This document shows, in pieces, positions 61,401 to 64,000 of a stretch of 64,000 nucleotides of DNA (positions within the stretch are counted from its first letter, which is position 1; every line of letters begins with the position of its first letter). Under the pieces are notes generated by a model. The model saw only the letters and a list, made by a program, of their open reading frames with translations, was not told the origin of the DNA and searched no databases. Source of the DNA: Spirochaetota bacterium. GTDB lineage: Bacteria; Spirochaetota; UBA4802; UBA5550. The stretch lies in NCBI GenBank assembly GCA_963664815.2, contig CAXXHB010000003.1:2880001-2944000 (forward strand), given 5' to 3'. The translations under genes were made by a program, and so were the position numbers.

Positions 61401-62753
61401 TTATATTTTTTTCAAAAGCTCGACAAGTTCTGCTTTACCTTTAATCTCTATAGGTCTTGTATTTGCAAATTCAAGAGCTTTCGGAGATACATCACCAGTT
61501 GTTATTATGAGAATCCTTGTAGCATTACGTGGTCTCATTGTTTCATGAATCTGTCTGAAATAGACATCAGACAACATGTCCGTTGTCCTGTTTACTCTGA
61601 TAATTCTATTGGACTGCCTTGTGTTTCGCCATTTTCCTTCAGTTTCAATGGCCATAATTTCTATTTCGGTGTCACTTATTATTTCGATATCTGTAATGTT
61701 ATAATTCATACTTGCTACAATTTTTCTTGTCATATGCTCAAATTGAGCAAGACCGGCAATCATAAAATCTTTAATCCGGTCATCCTGCCTGAATTCGGCA
61801 TACGATCCAAGTTTCTGCTGGACATCACGGAATTTCGGGTTTACTTCAGCAATTTTTTCCCAGTTGATAATTGCAGCATGAACATCTCTCATCTTCTCCT
61901 GGCATTCTGCCAGGAAGTATCTCAGGTTAAGTTCAGTATCACTCCCTTTTTTAGCAAATTTGACTCCGCGTTCAAATTCCATTACAGCTTTTGGAAACTG
62001 AGTTTTTTCCATGAAACAAGTACCACGAGCAAGCAGACTTTTCACTTTGAGATCGTCACTTTTCATAGAGACTTCAAATTCTTTCAGTGCCCATTCATAA
62101 TCCCCCTGCTGCCTGAGTACCAGGCCCAGATAATAATGTGCCTGATAATTTATAGGATCAAGTTTTATAGTATTTAAAAAGTATTGCTTGGCATCGGCAT
62201 ACACACCATTTTTGTAGTATATATGTCCCAGATAATAAAACGACTGATCATGTTTGGAGTTTAATTCCGCGCTTTTTTTAAAATAATTGGTGGCTTTATC
62301 CAGCTGCCCCAGATTATATGTAATCAGTCCTAGCTCAAAAAAATTCTCATAGTTTGCAGGATCAAGTTTTGTAAGAAGCAGATATTCCTTTCTTGCATCT
62401 TCCATAGCTTTTTTATCTTTGTATATTTTAGCAAGTGTTGAACGTATATAGACCTCTTTTATTTTGTCATCAAACCTGCCGAACTTAAGCACCTGCCTGA
62501 ATTCCAATATTGCGTATTGATTGTTACCCTCTGCTTTATAGGCTTCTGCAAGAAGAAAATGAGCATATGGATTCCGGTCATCTTTTTCAATTATTTCAGT
62601 AAGCTTCTTGATAGCAAGCTTGGTCTGACCGGCCTCAATCATCTTCTGAATTTCTTCTATTTTCTTAGGAAGAACATATACGCTAAGAATATAAAGTATT
62701 ATGATAGTAAATATTATGAAAAAAAGAAAAACAAGAATATAAGTAAAAATCAT
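61401..62753 (-). CDS. Membrane-anchored TPR protein with C-terminal Mrr-like domain
   Basis: N-terminal TM and about 8 TPRs. C-terminus QFEHMTRKIVASMNY...RILIITTGDVSPKALEFANTRPIE. Confidence 0.82.
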   Translation of the reverse strand: MIFTYILVFLFFIIFTIIILYILSVYVLPKKIEEIQKMIEAGQTKLAIKKLTEIIEKDDRNPYAHFLLAEAYKAEGNNQYAILEFRQVLKFGRFDDKIKEVYIRSTLAKIYKDKKAMEDARKEYLLLTKLDPANYENFFELGLITYNLGQLDKATNYFKKSAELNSKHDQSFYYLGHIYYKNGVYADAKQYFLNTIKLDPINYQAHYYLGLVLRQQGDYEWALKEFEVSMKSDDLKVKSLLARGTCFMEKTQFPKAVMEFERGVKFAKKGSDTELNLRYFLAECQEKMRDVHAAIINWEKIAEVNPKFRDVQQKLGSYAEFRQDDRIKDFMIAGLAQFEHMTRKIVASMNYNITDIEIISDTEIEIMAIETEGKWRNTRQSNRIIRVNRTTDMLSDVYFRQIHETMRPRNATRILIITTGDVSPKALEFANTRPIEIKGKAELVELLKKI

Positions 62754-62841
62754 AACTTAACCTTAATATTTTTTTATCCCGGGCTTAAACAGTGAGTCAA
62801 TAGACCGGTTTCTTTCAGCAAAAAATTCTTTATATAAAAGA

Positions 62842-62896
62842 AGCAGCCCCCGTACCCCCAAACTGACTTTGCCCCACTGGGGATACGGGGGCTGCT
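62842..62896 (-). terminator. GC-rich 19-bp hairpin with downstream U-tract on minus strand
   Basis: Minus strand agcagcccccgtatcccca-N17-tgggggtacgggggctgct-tctttt. The single mismatch is a G-U pair on the minus strand. Confidence 0.55.
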
Positions 62897-62992
62897 CATA
62901 TTTATTTTAACTTCTATACATTACAGATGACTTTAAAAATTAAATATAATTTCATTGACAAATTTTTTCTATAAAAAAGTATAGATTTAAAT

Positions 62993-63065
62993 GGGGGCGT
63001 AGCTCAGCTGGGAGAGCGCATGAATGGCATTCATGAGGCCAGGGGTTCGATCCCCCTCGTCTCCA
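62993..63065 (+). tRNA. tRNA-Ala(GGC)
   Basis: Acceptor GGGGGCG/CGTCTCC with G3-U70. D arm AGCTCAGCTGGGAGAGC, anticodon stem CATGA-ATGGCAT-TCATG, T loop GGTTCGATCC. CCA not encoded. TTGACA at 62955. Confidence 0.96.
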
Positions 63066-63081
63066 GTTTAAGTCCTCTTCT

Positions 63082-63576
63082 CTATTCATTATAAACAAAC
63101 TCTTTGCCATGTATTGTAACAATTCTTTTAATCAGATAATTTCTTTTCCCGGCTGGAATAACTACTGTGACTTTGTCACCAATAGATTTATTCTGTAAAG
63201 CTGCCCCAATTGGAGACGATACAGAAATCTTTCCTTGTGATGGACTTACCTCATTAGACGAAACAAAAGTAAAAATCACCTCATCATCCGTATCAATATC
63301 AACGACCGTTACAGTAGAACCATATCCAACTTTATCATCAGAAATATCTGTCACATTCAAATCATTCAGCTGATTAAGCTGTTCAGTTAACTGAGCGATC
63401 CTGGCCTTAACAAATGATTGCCTCTCTCTGGCTGCATGATACTCTGCATTTTCTTTTAAATCGCCATATTCACGTGCTTCTGATATAATCTTCGGCAGTT
63501 CAACTTTATACTCATGTTTTAGTTTTTCAAGTTCATCTCTGACTTTCTGCTTATTCGCTTCGAGTTCAGTACTCAT
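63082..63576 (-). CDS. greA: Transcription elongation factor GreA
   Basis: AREYGDLKENAEYHAARERQ, ISVSSPIGAAL. Start moved to MSTELE. Confidence 0.95.
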   Translation of the reverse strand: MSTELEANKQKVRDELEKLKHEYKVELPKIISEAREYGDLKENAEYHAARERQSFVKARIAQLTEQLNQLNDLNVTDISDDKVGYGSTVTVVDIDTDDEVIFTFVSSNEVSPSQGKISVSSPIGAALQNKSIGDKVTVVIPAGKRNYLIKRIVTIHGKEFVYNE

Positions 63577-64000
63577 TCCTATCTCCCTGGCACTAAAAGA
63601 TTTAATTGCTAGTACCATCATTCTGTAATTTAATCAACAATTTTACTTTTTTTTCACCATCTCTCTTTAAAGTAAAACCACTTTCTTTTAATTCTTTTTC
63701 AATCCTGTAAGACATTAAATCAACAATTTTTTTTGTCATGCGTTCTTCCCTGAACCTCAGATTACTTTATTCTCCATGGATGATATCAATAAAAACTGTT
63801 TTTTAATACTATTACAAAGAAAAGCATTTATTTTTACCATTTATTAAACAGAGAATAAGCCATAAATCATTCCGTGATTTATTTTTTATATATACAGTTT
63901 CGGTAATAATCATTCTTAAGAATAAAATAAAAAAATAGACGAATAGAACAACTATAAAAAATACTCCAGGTTCACTATCTCCCTGGTATAGAATAAATAC

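Noticed and set aside
53859-62753. Anti-phage defence island (Mrr nuclease, patatin effector, ParB) integrated at tRNA-Ala
   Set aside because: Catalytic motifs are degenerate. There is no integrase, cyclase or methylase and no tRNA 3' duplication, and the block lies 5' of the tRNA.
1-64000. CRISPR arrays, IS elements, prophage genes, rRNA
   Set aside because: No regularly spaced direct repeats, transposase, integrase or phage proteins, or rRNA-like sequence seen.

Overview
AT-rich bacterial chromosomal window with no mobile elements, prophage or CRISPR. The gene repertoire suggests an anaerobic spirochaete-like organism (inference): MCP, membrane-anchored TPR-Mrr-like proteins, HATPase-HDOD, GerMN and 7TM-DISM kinases. 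Housekeeping genes include pheST, ilvD, pgm, PGI/PMI, a ROK kinase, greA, an S1-like protein and tRNA-Ala(GGC). Two blocks stand out. (1) At 4.2-14.6 kb (minus strand) a tightly coupled operon encodes a group 4 membrane-bound [NiFe]-hydrogenase (HycC/D/E/F/G-like plus HycI protease). Its electron-input module is an AsrA/AsrB (HydB/HydG, Flx-like) NAD(P)H module plus an FdhF-like protein that has lost its Mo/W-ligand Cys/Sec and catalytic Arg. This is a candidate NAD(P)H-linked, complex-I-like hydrogenase, and it is flanked by a multi-kinase network containing two apparent pseudokinases. (2) At 53.9-62.8 kb (minus strand) an operon of apparently catalytically dead domains encodes two TM-TPR-Mrr-like proteins, a cNMP-ParA/MinD-pseudopatatin fusion, a STAS protein, a glycosidase-like protein and a degenerate ParB-like protein. 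All family assignments come from motif recognition by eye; no searches were run.
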